Shown in pieces: positions 18,736-30,000 of a stretch of 64,000 bases of DNA. The DNA comes from Caecitellus pseudoparvulus. Its lineage: Eukaryota; Protista; Bigyra: Bicosoecida. Under the pieces are notes generated by a model. It did not search any database. It was not told the DNA's origin and saw only the letters and a program-made list of their open reading frames with translations. The position numbers and the translations under genes were made by a program. The stretch covers positions 62,001-126,000 of the forward strand of contig CBFFRQ010000065.1 in NCBI GenBank assembly GCA_965644315.1. Direction: 5' to 3'. Positions within the stretch are counted from its first letter, which is position 1. Every line of letters starts with the position of its first letter.

Positions 18736-19758
18736 TCACTTGTCACGGCTTGGCCAGAACTCCGTGCCGCCGCCGCCGAAGATGCTGACTGACGAGGCGT
18801 GAGCGTTGGGGGCGTCGCCCACCCTTGCCCGCGCCAGGGCCATGGACCGCTCATCGAAGGCGTGGTGCTCTGAGCGTGCCACGCTGCGGTGCTGGGATGC
18901 ACTGGGTCCAGCTGGCGCCGGTGCTGGCGCTGGCTGGAAGCGACTGCCCCGTGCAGCGGCCATTTCAGGCGCAGACCAGTGCGGGAACTGCTGCCTGTGC
19001 GCAGTGGCAGTGCCCAGAGTCGAGGCTGCAGCAGCCACTAGCGAAGGGGCCGCCGCGGCTTGTGCCGGCTTTGAAGCAGGCATGCGGCTCGCGTCCAGTG
19101 CCATGTCCCGTGCAGTGCGCGTGGCTGCCGTGCGGGCACCGCCTGCCGCGACGCTTGGGTCGTAGTCAAAGGCATAAGGCGCTGAGCCAGGCGTTGCCAC
19201 CGAGTGCCCATGGAGACTGGCCCCACCAGCAGGTGCCCCGTGTCTTCCCTGCCCCGCCGAGCGCGCAGAAGCGGCCGAGCCGGCCCGTTGACCGCGCTGC
19301 AGGGCAGCTTCTGGTCCCTGCGGCAAGGTTTGTGCGGATCGATTGGCCGACGTGTACCTGGCTGCAACAGGGTCCATCGTAGGCAGCGGCAGGGCACCAC
19401 CTTGACGTGATTGTGGCACTCCCCTGGAGCCAGGCAGCCGGTGTGATGTCTCTGAGGTCCCAGATGAGCCTTGCCTGTTGCGGAAATTGAAGCGTTGGCG
19501 GTGCAAGTGACACGACTCCAGCCCTGCCTGCGAGGAAACTCACGGGTGGGCCGCTAAGCCAGGTCCAGGCAACAACCCTGACGTGGATTCTTGAGGTCGG
19601 TAGCGCCGGCCCTGCACAGAGTGCTGGGCACCAGCTTCAACGGCTGCAGACTGAGCCTGCTGAGACGCAGTCTGGCCATGGAAGGATCCACCATGAGGCA
19701 GCACAGACCCCGGCGTGTGGTAGTTGGAAGCGCCTGTGCGGGTTGATCGGCGCTGCAT
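18736..19758 (-). CDS. Low-complexity protein with short repeated T/SxxxxxF/H/Q motifs; possible SAXO/Mn-motif ciliary microtubule protein; 2 exons
   Basis: ORF 19540-19758 is joined by a GTGAGT...CAACAG intron in frame to ORF 18736-19506. Recurring motifs such as GTATAHRQQFPHW, HRSVARSEHHAF and FHGQTASQQAQ. Confidence 0.45.
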
Positions 19759-20278
19759 GCTGCCCGTGTTGGGGCTACCTGGTACCCTCGGGCGGTGTCT
19801 GGGCAGTCAAGGCGAGGGACTGTGTGGATTGCGGCGCAGCCCCACAGTCTTCCGGGCGTGGCGGGGGTTAGAATGGGGTACAGCAGCATGTGGAGGGCAT
19901 GCAGACGTGTGGGTATTTGTGCTTATTGAGAATTGACTGTTGCTCGGCACAGACTGCTGCGTTGCCGCTGCCACGCACTGGCAGGGTCTGCTGCGAAGGC
20001 AAGTGCACTGCACCTGGTCGTCGACAAACAGCAGACAAGGCGCAACAAAACGCCCACACGCTGGAAGCGTTCCCAGAACAATGCACAAAACTGGCACTTC
20101 AAGTGCCTTTTCTCGCTCATCCGCTGCTGAACACGCCGGTTGAAAGGCTTGGCGCACGCTGAGGCGCGGGTGGAAAACGTTGCTGTGGTTGGCGGCCAAT
20201 TTCCGCCCAAGTGATACGCGGGTGGGCGGTTCCCACGCCGCAGCCCCTGGTAGCGCGCACTCGGGGCGAAGTGGAAGC

Positions 20279-21301
20279 ATGGTGCATGTTCCCCCCCTGC
20301 AGCGCTCCGCTGGCGGCGAAGGAAAGCGGCACGTGCCCCCTCTCGTCACGTTCATCTGCGGAGGCCTGGCCGGCAGCGTGGCGAAGACGGCCATTGCGCC
20401 CATGGACAGAGTGAAGATCATCTTCCAGACGGCCTTCCACAAGCCCTTCTCCTTCTCTGCTGCCTGGGCTGAAGGCGTGAAGATCGTCCGCCGGGAGGGT
20501 GCCTTGAAGCTCTGGCGCGGCAATGGAGCCACCCTCGTGCGCGTGTACCCCTACTCGGGCACGCAGTTCCTCTCCTTTGACTTGCTGAAGCACCACATCC
20601 TACGGAACTCTGGCCGCTCACGCCTGACGCCAGGAGAAAAGTTCCTGGCAGGGGGTGTGGCTGGGGCCCTGTCGGTGCTGGTGACGTATCCGCTGGATGT
20701 GGCGCGGGCCCGCCTGGCAGTGCAGCGGGATGGGAGGGAGGTGTACACAGGCCTCCGCCACGCCCTGCGCAGCATGTACAGCACAGGTGGTGTCGCTGGC
20801 CTGTACCGTGGCATCGTGCCCACCCTTCTGGGGATTGTGCCGTACTCAGGCCTCAGCTTCGCGACGTACCACCACTTGCAGCAGGTGATGGTGGACGCCT
20901 TCCCACACACAGCCGCAGGGCAGGGGTCCTCGGAAGCGGCTGGGGTGTACAAGGTGGCCTGTGGCGCGCTGGCGGGGCTGGTGGGGCAGTCTGCAGCGTA
21001 CCCACTGGAGGTGGCCAGGCGCGTGGTGCAGACGTGGGGTTTCATGCACGAGAGCAAGGGTGGCACGCCCGAATCAGCTGGGGAGGGGGCTGTTGCCAGG
21101 GGGCACTTGAGGCACGGTGCTTCCCATGCAAAGGCTGGGGCCGTGCCCCCCTGGCATGAAGTGGTGCGGGAGCTGTACAGCCACCACGGGCGTGGCGCGC
21201 TGTGGAAGGGCTTGGCGCTGAACTGGGTGAAAGGGCCCATTGCCACGTCCATTTCCTTTGTCATGTTTGACGTGTTGAAGGACGTCACTCGCGGGCTGTA
21301 G
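20279..21301 (+). CDS. SLC25A42: Mitochondrial carrier, CoA-transporter type (SLC25A42/LEU5-like)
   Basis: Three Px[DE]xx[KR] repeats (PMDRVK, PLDVAR, PLEVAR), plus RVYPYSGTQF and KGLALNWVKGPIA. Confidence 0.8.
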   Translation: MVHVPPLQRSAGGEGKRHVPPLVTFICGGLAGSVAKTAIAPMDRVKIIFQTAFHKPFSFSAAWAEGVKIVRREGALKLWRGNGATLVRVYPYSGTQFLSFDLLKHHILRNSGRSRLTPGEKFLAGGVAGALSVLVTYPLDVARARLAVQRDGREVYTGLRHALRSMYSTGGVAGLYRGIVPTLLGIVPYSGLSFATYHHLQQVMVDAFPHTAAGQGSSEAAGVYKVACGALAGLVGQSAAYPLEVARRVVQTWGFMHESKGGTPESAGEGAVARGHLRHGASHAKAGAVPPWHEVVRELYSHHGRGALWKGLALNWVKGPIATSISFVMFDVLKDVTRGL

Positions 21302-21460
21302 TGCGGGTGGCCCCTTCGTGCTTGCCTGACGCCAGTCCTGCAGCATTGACACACCCCACATAAAATCCACCGCATCACCTCCAACCCCAGCAATACCTCC
21401 ACGTCGCTTGGACGGTTCTCAGTGAGGGCCCTGTTTACGTGCACACCCCGAACTCTCAAC

Positions 21461-24292
21461 ATGGCTGCTGCCACCGGCATTGACCCCGAGTTCTCGGCCT
21501 TGAACATCACCTCCCCTGGTGAGTGCTTGATGCTGACTGCCACAGCGTGTGCAGGCGTGCGTGACCCGCCTGGCCTGCCTGGCATGCAGGCCTCAAGATC
21601 TGGCGCATTGAGGACTTCAAGCCTGTGCCTGTCGCTGAGGAGTTTTACGGCGAGTTCTTCCAGGGCGACAGCTACCTCATCCTGAACTCGTACAAGAAGT
21701 CTGATGGGTGCGTGGCCACCCCGCCTTCCGTGGTTGAACACACACGAAGCCCCTGGCCCGGCCAGCCTCCACCGCGATCCACACCACCCTCACCATGTGA
21801 GCACTCATGCCCATCACAGGTCCCTGGCTCACAACATTCACTTCTGGCAGGGCACTGACAGTTCTCAGGTGGGTGCTGCAAGCTGACACCCCACCACGCC
21901 AACGCCAACACAAGCGCTGCCACGCCACGCCACGCCTTCACCGAGGAGGGCTGGCACGCTGCCCGTGTAGTCTCCTTGAGGAGCGTGTCTGCGCGCTGTG
22001 GCAGCACCCATCTCGCCACGCCCTGCACAGGATGAGAAGGGCACAGTAGCACTGAAGGCTGTGGAGCTGGACGAAGCTCTGGGTGGCGGCCCTGTGCAAT
22101 TCCGGGAAGTGCAAGGGCACGAGTCCGACGAGTTCTTCGGCGCCTTCAAGGCTCTGGGCGGTGTCACGTACAAGGAGGGCGGCGTCGCCAGCGGCTTCAA
22201 CCATGTGGAGCCTGACGTGTACCCCACCGTGCTGCTGCACATCAAGGGCAAGCGCAACGTGCGCACGAAGCAGGTGGCCGTGGCCGCCTCCTCCTTGAAC
22301 CAGGGCGATGTCTTCATCCTGGACAAGGGCCTGACGCTCTTCCTCTGGTGGGGCACGGAGGCCAACAAGCAGGAGCGCCTCAAGGGCATGCAGGTGCTGG
22401 CCCGCCTGTACAACTCCCGCGGCGCACGCCCACTGCAGATCATCGTGAACGAAGAGCCCGACAACGAGGAGTTCTGGAGCACGCTGGGGGGAACTGCCGC
22501 AGACGTCGCATCTGCGGAGGCGGGCGGTGCCGACGACGACCGCGCCGCCGCCTCGGAGCTGAAGCTGTTCAAGGTGTCAGACGCGTCAGGCACGTTGGAG
22601 ACGACGGAGGTGCCCATGGAAGGCGGTAAGCTCCTGCGCTCAGCCCTGGACACCAACGACTCCTTCATCGTGGACGCGGGCAGCCAGATCTACGTCTGGA
22701 CGGGGCGCGGCGCGACGGCCCAGGAGAAGAAGGGCGGCCTGGCCATCGCCAAGGCCTTCCTGAAGGAGCAGGGGCGCCCCGACTGGTGCCCCGTGCAGCG
22801 CGTCGTGGAGGGCGGCGAGACGCCCGTCTTCAAGTCCCTGTTCAAGGAGTGGGACCCCCTGCCTTCCTTCAACTTTGCCGCCCACACCTCCTCCGGGCGC
22901 GCCTGTGCCGACACCGTGGAGGCCAAGGAAATCGACTTCTCCGCCATCGCCAAGGCGTCGTCCGAGGCTGACCAGGTCGCCGTCGACGACGGCTCAGGAG
23001 AGCTGACGGTGTGGATCCTGGAGGGCACCACCAAGAGCGAGTACCCTCGGGAGCAGTACGGCCAGTTCTTCGCAGGCGACTCCTACCTGGTGCAGTACGC
23101 GTACACCGGCCCCTCTGGCCCTGCCAACATGATCTACTTCTGGCTGGGCTCAGAGAGCGACAAGGTGGAGCGGGGCTCCGCCGCCGTCAACGCCATCGAG
23201 CTGAGCAAGAGCATCGCAGGCCCCAGCACGCAGGTGCGCGTCGTGCAGGGGCACGAGCCCTGGCACTTCTCCCGCCTGTTCGAGGGTGGCATGATCATCC
23301 ACGCGGGGGGACGGCAGGGGACCCGGGAGGTGGAGGGCAACCGCCTGTACCACGTGCGCGGCACCAACGCGGAGAACACCAAGGCTGTCGAGGTGCCCTG
23401 CTCTGCCGCCAACCTGAACTCGGGCGACTGCTTCGTCATCGCGACGCCTGACTTCACCCTGCTGTGGCAGGGCAAGCACGCCAACGACGCTGAGAAGGCG
23501 ACCGCCCTGAACACTGCCACCAAGATCGGCGGCGAGCTGTACACCATCGACGAGGGGGAGGAGGATGACACCTTCTGGGAGCACCTGGGGGGCAAGGAGG
23601 AGTACCCCGAGGCAGTGCCCGCCCCCGGTGCTCCTGAGCCCAAGCTCCTGCACGTCAACGACCACGCAGGGTACCTGGCCGTGGAGACCATCTTCGCCTT
23701 CACCCAGGAGGACCTCGCCGACGACGACGTGTTCATCCTGGACACCTTCACGCAGGTGTTCGTGTGGGTGGGCAGCACCGCCAGCACCAAGGAGAAGGAA
23801 GGCGCCATGGACATCGCCCAGAAGTACCTGGCTGCTTGCACCGACGGCCGTGATGAGGACACGCCCATCATCCGCATCGCAGCTGGCTCTGAGCCGCCCA
23901 TCTTCACGTGCAACTTCCAGGGCTGGAAGGAGGCATCTACGGGCTTCGTGGACCCGTACGAGGCACGCCTGGCCCAGCTGCGCGCGGAGCGTGAGGCAGC
24001 CGAGGCTGCTCAGGAAGCCAAGGATGCCGCTGCCGGCGCTGTGGCAGCAGAGTCCACACCCGCCGCACCGGCACCTGCACCAGCAGCTGCCGTGCCAGCT
24101 GGGGAGAGCATCCCCTACGCCGACCTCGTGGCCGCCACACCCGACGGGCCGCTGAGCCTGGACTGGGCCAACAAGGAGAAGTACTTGTCTGACGATGAAT
24201 TCGCCAGCGTGCTGGGCATGTCCAAGGCGGAGTTTGCGGCGCTGCCCGCATGGAAGCGCAAGGACAAGAAGAAGGCCGTGAACTTGTTCTAA
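21461..24292 (+). CDS. Villin (six gelsolin repeats plus headpiece); three introns near the 5' end
   Basis: [62 protein letters not shown] and headpiece [16 protein letters not shown]. Confidence 0.93.
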
Positions 24293-24466
24293 GCTGGCCG
24301 CTGCCGTGCGCTGGCCGCTCTTTGGGCTGTGAACAAACCCGACGCCCCCCGTGCCGTGCTTCGATGCTTCGTCTCACAATGCAGTGTGCTTGTGCATGCC
24401 CCCACCCAGACCTGGCCGCAGGAATTGCACCTGCCGTGCAGCCCCTCGGCGCTCAAGCCTGCCAGC

Positions 24467-26767
24467 ATGGCAGCAGCGACTCCCCCGGCGACTCACGCGG
24501 CGGAGTCGCCTGCGGAATTTGCATCCCCTCCCTGCACAGCTTGCAGCCGAGAAGGCTCCGAGAGGCGGCAGAAACAGCCATGGGTGCATGTTCTCGCCAA
24601 GGCCTTGCGCAGGTCATGGCCCTTTGCACCCTCTGCGACCGCCCTCAACACTGCCGTCTTGCGCCAAGCAACGCAAGCACTGGGCACGTCCTGGCACTGT
24701 CGAAACTGCTCCGAGGAGGTGCAGGTGCCGCTGGCACACCTGCATGGCGCGTTGAAGAAACATGGAGTGCCGCTTGATACCATTGCGTTTGTGGATGTCG
24801 CAGGCCACGTGCTGTGGCACGCACTGTCTGCCCTCGCCAGCCTCTGCCAAGCCGGGGGATGTGACCGAGCACCCGAGCAGCCCGCCGTGCCTGCGCCCCT
24901 GCCCGTGCCAGTGGAGCCCATCCTGTCTGCACTACGGGACATGGGCAGCGACATGCTCTGCGACGACTGCTTCGCGCTGCGAGCACCAGCGACGCACGGA
25001 ACCCCGGCGGAAGTGGCAGAGCAGGGCTTGGAGGCGCTGGCGCAGCTCTCCGGCTGCGCGCCTGCTGACGCACCTGCAGGGCTGCCCAGCGCCAGCGAGC
25101 TCATGGGCTTCACGCAGCCCATCACGGGTGCCGCCGTCATGGCTGCGCTCAAAGACAGCGCCGTCACACCCCTGGCGAGTGCAGCGGCAGAGCCCACCCC
25201 GCAACCCGGCCTGGCTCTCGGCACAGATACCCGCATGGCGCTGCACTGCCACACTGACAGCGCCTTCACCTTGCCCTCGCCTAGCCCCGCCTGGCCCAGA
25301 CTTGGCAGCTTCCAGGGTGCTTTGGCGCCTGCCCTGCAGGAAGTGGAGCGCCTGGGGGGCAGGCGGCGGGGGGCGAGCGCCACCCCCCCCCAGCACCCCC
25401 TCGTAGCTGTCTTGCGCCACATCGTGCACTTGGACGGCGAGCCCGCCTTGGCGGCATCCCTGGTGCTGTACGGCGCGGGTGTCCCACACGCCACTCAGCC
25501 CCTTCACGTCGAGAGGCCTGACCGCCTCAGGGCCGCGCTGTGGGGGCTGCGGCACTGCCCGGGCTTGCACAGCCTTCCCTCCCGCCTGGCGACGGGGGGC
25601 GAGGTGGCAACAGTGCACACGCCGAAACACACCAAGCGCCTCCTGGCCCTGTGGCAGCAGCTGCGCAGCGAGGGCGGCGAGGCAGCTGAGAGCAGTGACG
25701 TGGCGACGAGGGGGGCCACCCTGCCGGCCGCAGCCATGCACGGCGGGGACATGTACTACACACTGTACTCCCTGCCAGCCGCCCTGTTGGCTGCAGGGAC
25801 GACCTTGGAGGTGACGGCTGCGGTGCTGCAGGGGCGCGCCGCCAACGGCCTGGCAGTGGTGCGCCCACCGGGGCACCACGCCACGGCAGGGGAGTGCATG
25901 GGCTTCTGCTTGGTGAACAACGCCGCTGTGGCTGCCCGGGTGGCCACGACGGAGTGGGGCCTGGACCGCGTCGCCATCCTGGACTGGGACGTCCACCACG
26001 GCAATGGGACGCAAGACATTTTCCAGGACGACCCTCGAGTCCTGTACGCCTCCTTGCACCGGTACAACGCCCCTGCCACGGCTGCAGTGGGGGAGTTCTA
26101 CCCTGGCTCTGGCAGCGCACTGGAGGTGGGCGGGGGCGGTGCTCGGGGCACCACGCTGAACATCCCCTGGCCTGGCGGCGGCGTGGGGGATGCCTCCTAT
26201 GCACACGCCTTCCGCACGCTCATCTTGCCCGTGTTTGCTGCCTTCAAGCCCCAGGCCATCTTCATCTCGGCAGGCTTCGACGCGGCCCTGTACGACCCTC
26301 TGGGCGGCTGCTGTGTGACGCCGGGCGGCTATGCTTGGATGACGCACCAGCTACATGCCCTGTGTCCTGGCCGCGTCATCGTTGTCATGGAGGGCGGCTA
26401 CAACCTCCGTAGTATTGCCCTGTCCTTCTCTGCAGTGGGCAGGGTCCTGGCAGGGCAGTGTGCCACGGCGGAGGCCACAGGGGGAGGCGCCGCCGACCTG
26501 CCGTCTCCCAGCCGCACCCCAGAAGAACTCATCCAGGCCCTGGAGCCAGGGGTCTCCGCTCACGGTGGGGCAGCTCTGCCAGATCTGGACACATGTGCGG
26601 CTTGCTACAACTCAGACCTGGCGCTGCACGGGATGGGCGGGCCAGAGGCGGTCTGGGAGCCAGACGACGCGGCGTCCCATGAGGACTGCTGTGCTGCAGT
26701 GCGGGAAGCAGCTGCCGTCCACGCTACCCTGTGGCCCCAGGCTGACTTGTCTGAAGCCATACAATGA
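24467..26767 (+). CDS. Class II histone deacetylase (HDA1/HDAC6/10-like, single catalytic domain) with a Cys-rich N-terminal extension
   Basis: RPPGHHA, GFC..NN, DWDVHHGNGTQ, FYPG, SAGFDA..DPLG and EGGY. The start ATG is inferred. Confidence 0.88.
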   Translation: MAAATPPATHAAESPAEFASPPCTACSREGSERRQKQPWVHVLAKALRRSWPFAPSATALNTAVLRQATQALGTSWHCRNCSEEVQVPLAHLHGALKKHGVPLDTIAFVDVAGHVLWHALSALASLCQAGGCDRAPEQPAVPAPLPVPVEPILSALRDMGSDMLCDDCFALRAPATHGTPAEVAEQGLEALAQLSGCAPADAPAGLPSASELMGFTQPITGAAVMAALKDSAVTPLASAAAEPTPQPGLALGTDTRMALHCHTDSAFTLPSPSPAWPRLGSFQGALAPALQEVERLGGRRRGASATPPQHPLVAVLRHIVHLDGEPALAASLVLYGAGVPHATQPLHVERPDRLRAALWGLRHCPGLHSLPSRLATGGEVATVHTPKHTKRLLALWQQLRSEGGEAAESSDVATRGATLPAAAMHGGDMYYTLYSLPAALLAAGTTLEVTAAVLQGRAANGLAVVRPPGHHATAGECMGFCLVNNAAVAARVATTEWGLDRVAILDWDVHHGNGTQDIFQDDPRVLYASLHRYNAPATAAVGEFYPGSGSALEVGGGGARGTTLNIPWPGGGVGDASYAHAFRTLILPVFAAFKPQAIFISAGFDAALYDPLGGCCVTPGGYAWMTHQLHALCPGRVIVVMEGGYNLRSIALSFSAVGRVLAGQCATAEATGGGAADLPSPSRTPEELIQALEPGVSAHGGAALPDLDTCAACYNSDLALHGMGGPEAVWEPDDAASHEDCCAAVREAAAVHATLWPQADLSEAIQ

Positions 26768-27026
26768 GGCTCGCGCCGTGCCCAAGGGCGGTGACGGCGG
26801 TGCACGTGTCTGCCGCCGGCGCGTGGACAGGGAGGGGTATAGAGGGGGGGGTTGCCCGGAGCAGGTCGAGGGCAAAGACGCTGCTCAAATTGCATTGCAC
26901 TGATCGAATCCAGAAAGCTACGCCTTCACAGCTCGGCTTGCTGCATGCGCTCGCGGCTGGCTGCACATTGACCGTCCGTCGCGCCGCAGTTTGAGCGGGC
27001 CGTGTGGCAACGCCTAGCACCGCGTA

Positions 27027-30000
27027 ATGGCTGAAGTTTCCAGGTTCGACCACCTGCCACCATCGTATAAGGATGTTGTGCCCGACCAAGAAGCACTCTC
27101 CATTCAGCGCCTGGAGGACAACCTTGCCGAGGTCGAAGCAAAGCTGCCTGACGTGAGCGGGCTACGGGCACTCGTCCGGCTATTCAAGCTCTGTGTACGT
27201 TGGCCTCCCCAAGGAAAGAAGTGCATGCCGTGCACTCCACGCCTAACCCGCCCTCGTTTTTGCCAGGAGGCGCACCACGAGCAGGAGTATGCTGTGCCCA
27301 CTGGCGTTGCACAGCGCCTGGTGTCCGCAGCACTGTCAGACACGTGTTTTCTCTACGCCGACGCAAAGCTGCAGCAGTCCCTCTTCAGGCACACCGCCAG
27401 TTTGCTTAGATCAATGGCTATTTCGAAAGTATGGGTGCGTTGCAAGACCAGATGCCCCCGGCGGCCCGTTGGCGTGGCGGACTGCGTTTCGTGAAACGCC
27501 ACTGCCGTTCCGCATCCTACCCGCACTTGCCACGTTTCCGGTTCACCCTTGCGCAGTTGGACGTCCCCTGGCGCCCCCTGCATCGAGTCCTTCAAAGCAC
27601 ACAACTATCTGATGTCAACCCTCGCTCTCGAAGCGGGCAGGCCCGTGCTGCAGCCCACCGCGCCGAGCTGCTGGCGCTGCTCAAAGCGGCCAAGGAGCAC
27701 TATGACCCCACATCTGCGTCGGAGGTCTTCAACGCCTTTGCTCCCAGCCTCGAGTGCACGACTCTGCGCCCCCTTCCGACGCTGTCCTTGGTGTTTTTGC
27801 ACCATTTTCTGCCATCCCGCGCGGGGGTGCAGCACCTTCCAGACGGCACAGCTTCGGTGGCGGGATTGCTGCGCTTGTGGTCGGCTCATGATTTGAACGT
27901 GGCAGAAGGCAACATCTACGCCAGCATTGTGAGCAACCTGCTGCAGCACACATTTTGCTTGGATTCAGCGCGTGGCGTAGTGCCGCTGCCTCCAACCACA
28001 GTGCGCGTGGTGCTGCACAAGGCGTTCAAGAGCTGTGGTTTGAAAGGCAGCTCTTCTGCGTACGCGTTGGGTGGCCACATAGATGCATCTGTCAGTCATG
28101 TCATGCATGGCGTGGACTTTCCACCTGAGCTGCTGGCGTGCCTGCACCGCCACCCTCTCGTAGTCGTGGGCGACGAGGGTGACGTTACCCCCGACACGGT
28201 GCTGTCACCCTCCGAAGCCGACGCCATGGATGCCACCGTTTCTGAGGGCAAGGCATGTCTGGCCACCGTCAAGGGCGGAGCGGACGCCCTGGGGGGCATG
28301 GAACGGTTCTTGCGCAGCGTGGAGACTGTGCTGCACCCAAACAACTCCATGTCCGCGGGCAAACTCCCTCAGCTGCTGGAAGGCTGGCTGTTTGCCATCG
28401 CACAGCGCGCAGGACGAGAAGCAGGCGCGCGTGAGGCGGCTGCCGCCCTTGCCAAGACTGGTGCAGGGTCAACGCCTGAAGCGTGCCTTGCAGCCTCAGG
28501 CGCTCAAGTGCTGGCCCCAGAGCACCACTTGACACCCCTAGACCTCCACCGTGTGGTGTCGCTTGCCATGCCGCTGTTGAGGTGGATGGCATTCAGCTCC
28601 TCCACGATGCAGGCGGCTGCCGCGCGGATGGCGTGGCAACACCTCGCTTCCCTGGCACCCCGGCGGGTGACAACAGAGGTTGTACGCCTTGTGAGCGAGT
28701 CCTTAGACCCACAGGCAGGCTCTGCAGCAACGACGGTGCACCGAAGGCCTGCGGCGCTGCTCCTGCTGGGGGACGTAGCACGGCCCCTGCTGTGGCCACG
28801 GCCATGGCTGGCACCCCACCTGCCATCACTGATGGGCTTGGTGCTCGGCACGCTGCAGGCAGCGGAGGAGAGGCACATGGTCACGTCTCTGCAGGTTCTC
28901 ACACGCCTGCTGGGGCTTATGCCACCAGTGGACCCCAGTGACACTTCAGAGTGGACTGGTTCTCTGCCTGCTGGAGTTGTGCCACGCTTCGCCGTTCCTC
29001 CTGGTGCTGTGCCTGGGGAGTCAGCCACCATGGAGCTCGTAGCGAACGGACTGCCATCTAACCACCCAGACAAAGCTGCCTTGCAAGCGCTGGCGAGGGG
29101 CAGCGCCCCCGACACTACCGCAGCACTGCAGGCCTTGCAGGCGTCGATCACAGAGCTGCACACCACCAGCGGCAACATCTCTGCCCACTCAGCCACCGCC
29201 TTGCCAGTGCCAGTCGCCTTTGATGAGCTCCGCCTGCCTTCCCCCGTTGGCATTGTGGGGTCAATCTCGGGCACCCCTGCGGAGGGTGTGTTGCCCCTGT
29301 CCTCTGTCGCCCCACCGGCCGCTTGGAGCTCAACGCTCTGTGGAGTGCCACTGCCTGCAGCGGGTGCTGATGTGCTACTGCAGCTGTACCAGGCTACCCA
29401 CACTGCAGCAGGCTCCTTGCCTCACCTTTTGCTGGCAGCGCTGCCTCAGCTCCTGAAGCTTGTGGAGCGAGCAGAGGTGGCATCAGGCAAAGGCGGCCGT
29501 GGTGGGGCAGGCGGGCGCATCAGCCAGCTTCTCGCTTTGTTGGGCACCCACACCATGTCCTCTCTGTCAATGCCAGGGAGGCATGGCGGGGAGAAGCCAT
29601 CTCGTCTTGTTGGTGGTCCTGCCCACGCAGCATGGGGCCTGTGGAAGGGCAGCTCAGCAAGCCGCATCGGCCAAGTCCTTGACAGCCTCTTCCGAGGACT
29701 GTTCGCCACATGCGGACCATCCACGCGCAAGGCAGCCTTTGACCAGTTGGAGGGGTGGTTGGCAGGACTCAGTCCAGCGACCAAGTGCTCAAAGTACGCT
29801 GCGCGCGCCTTAGCAGCTGCTGTGTCCAGTGCTCCTGCACAAGGCTGCGCAGCCTTCCTGCCTCTGCTTCTGGAACGCGCATCTGCCGCGGCAAGTAAGG
29901 CCTCTGCAAAGGCACTGGCCTTGACCCTTGCCGCTGGCGTTGTGCGCGCTGCTCACGACGATTTGCTGCCTTGGCTGCCCAAGGTGCAAGCTGCAGTCCT

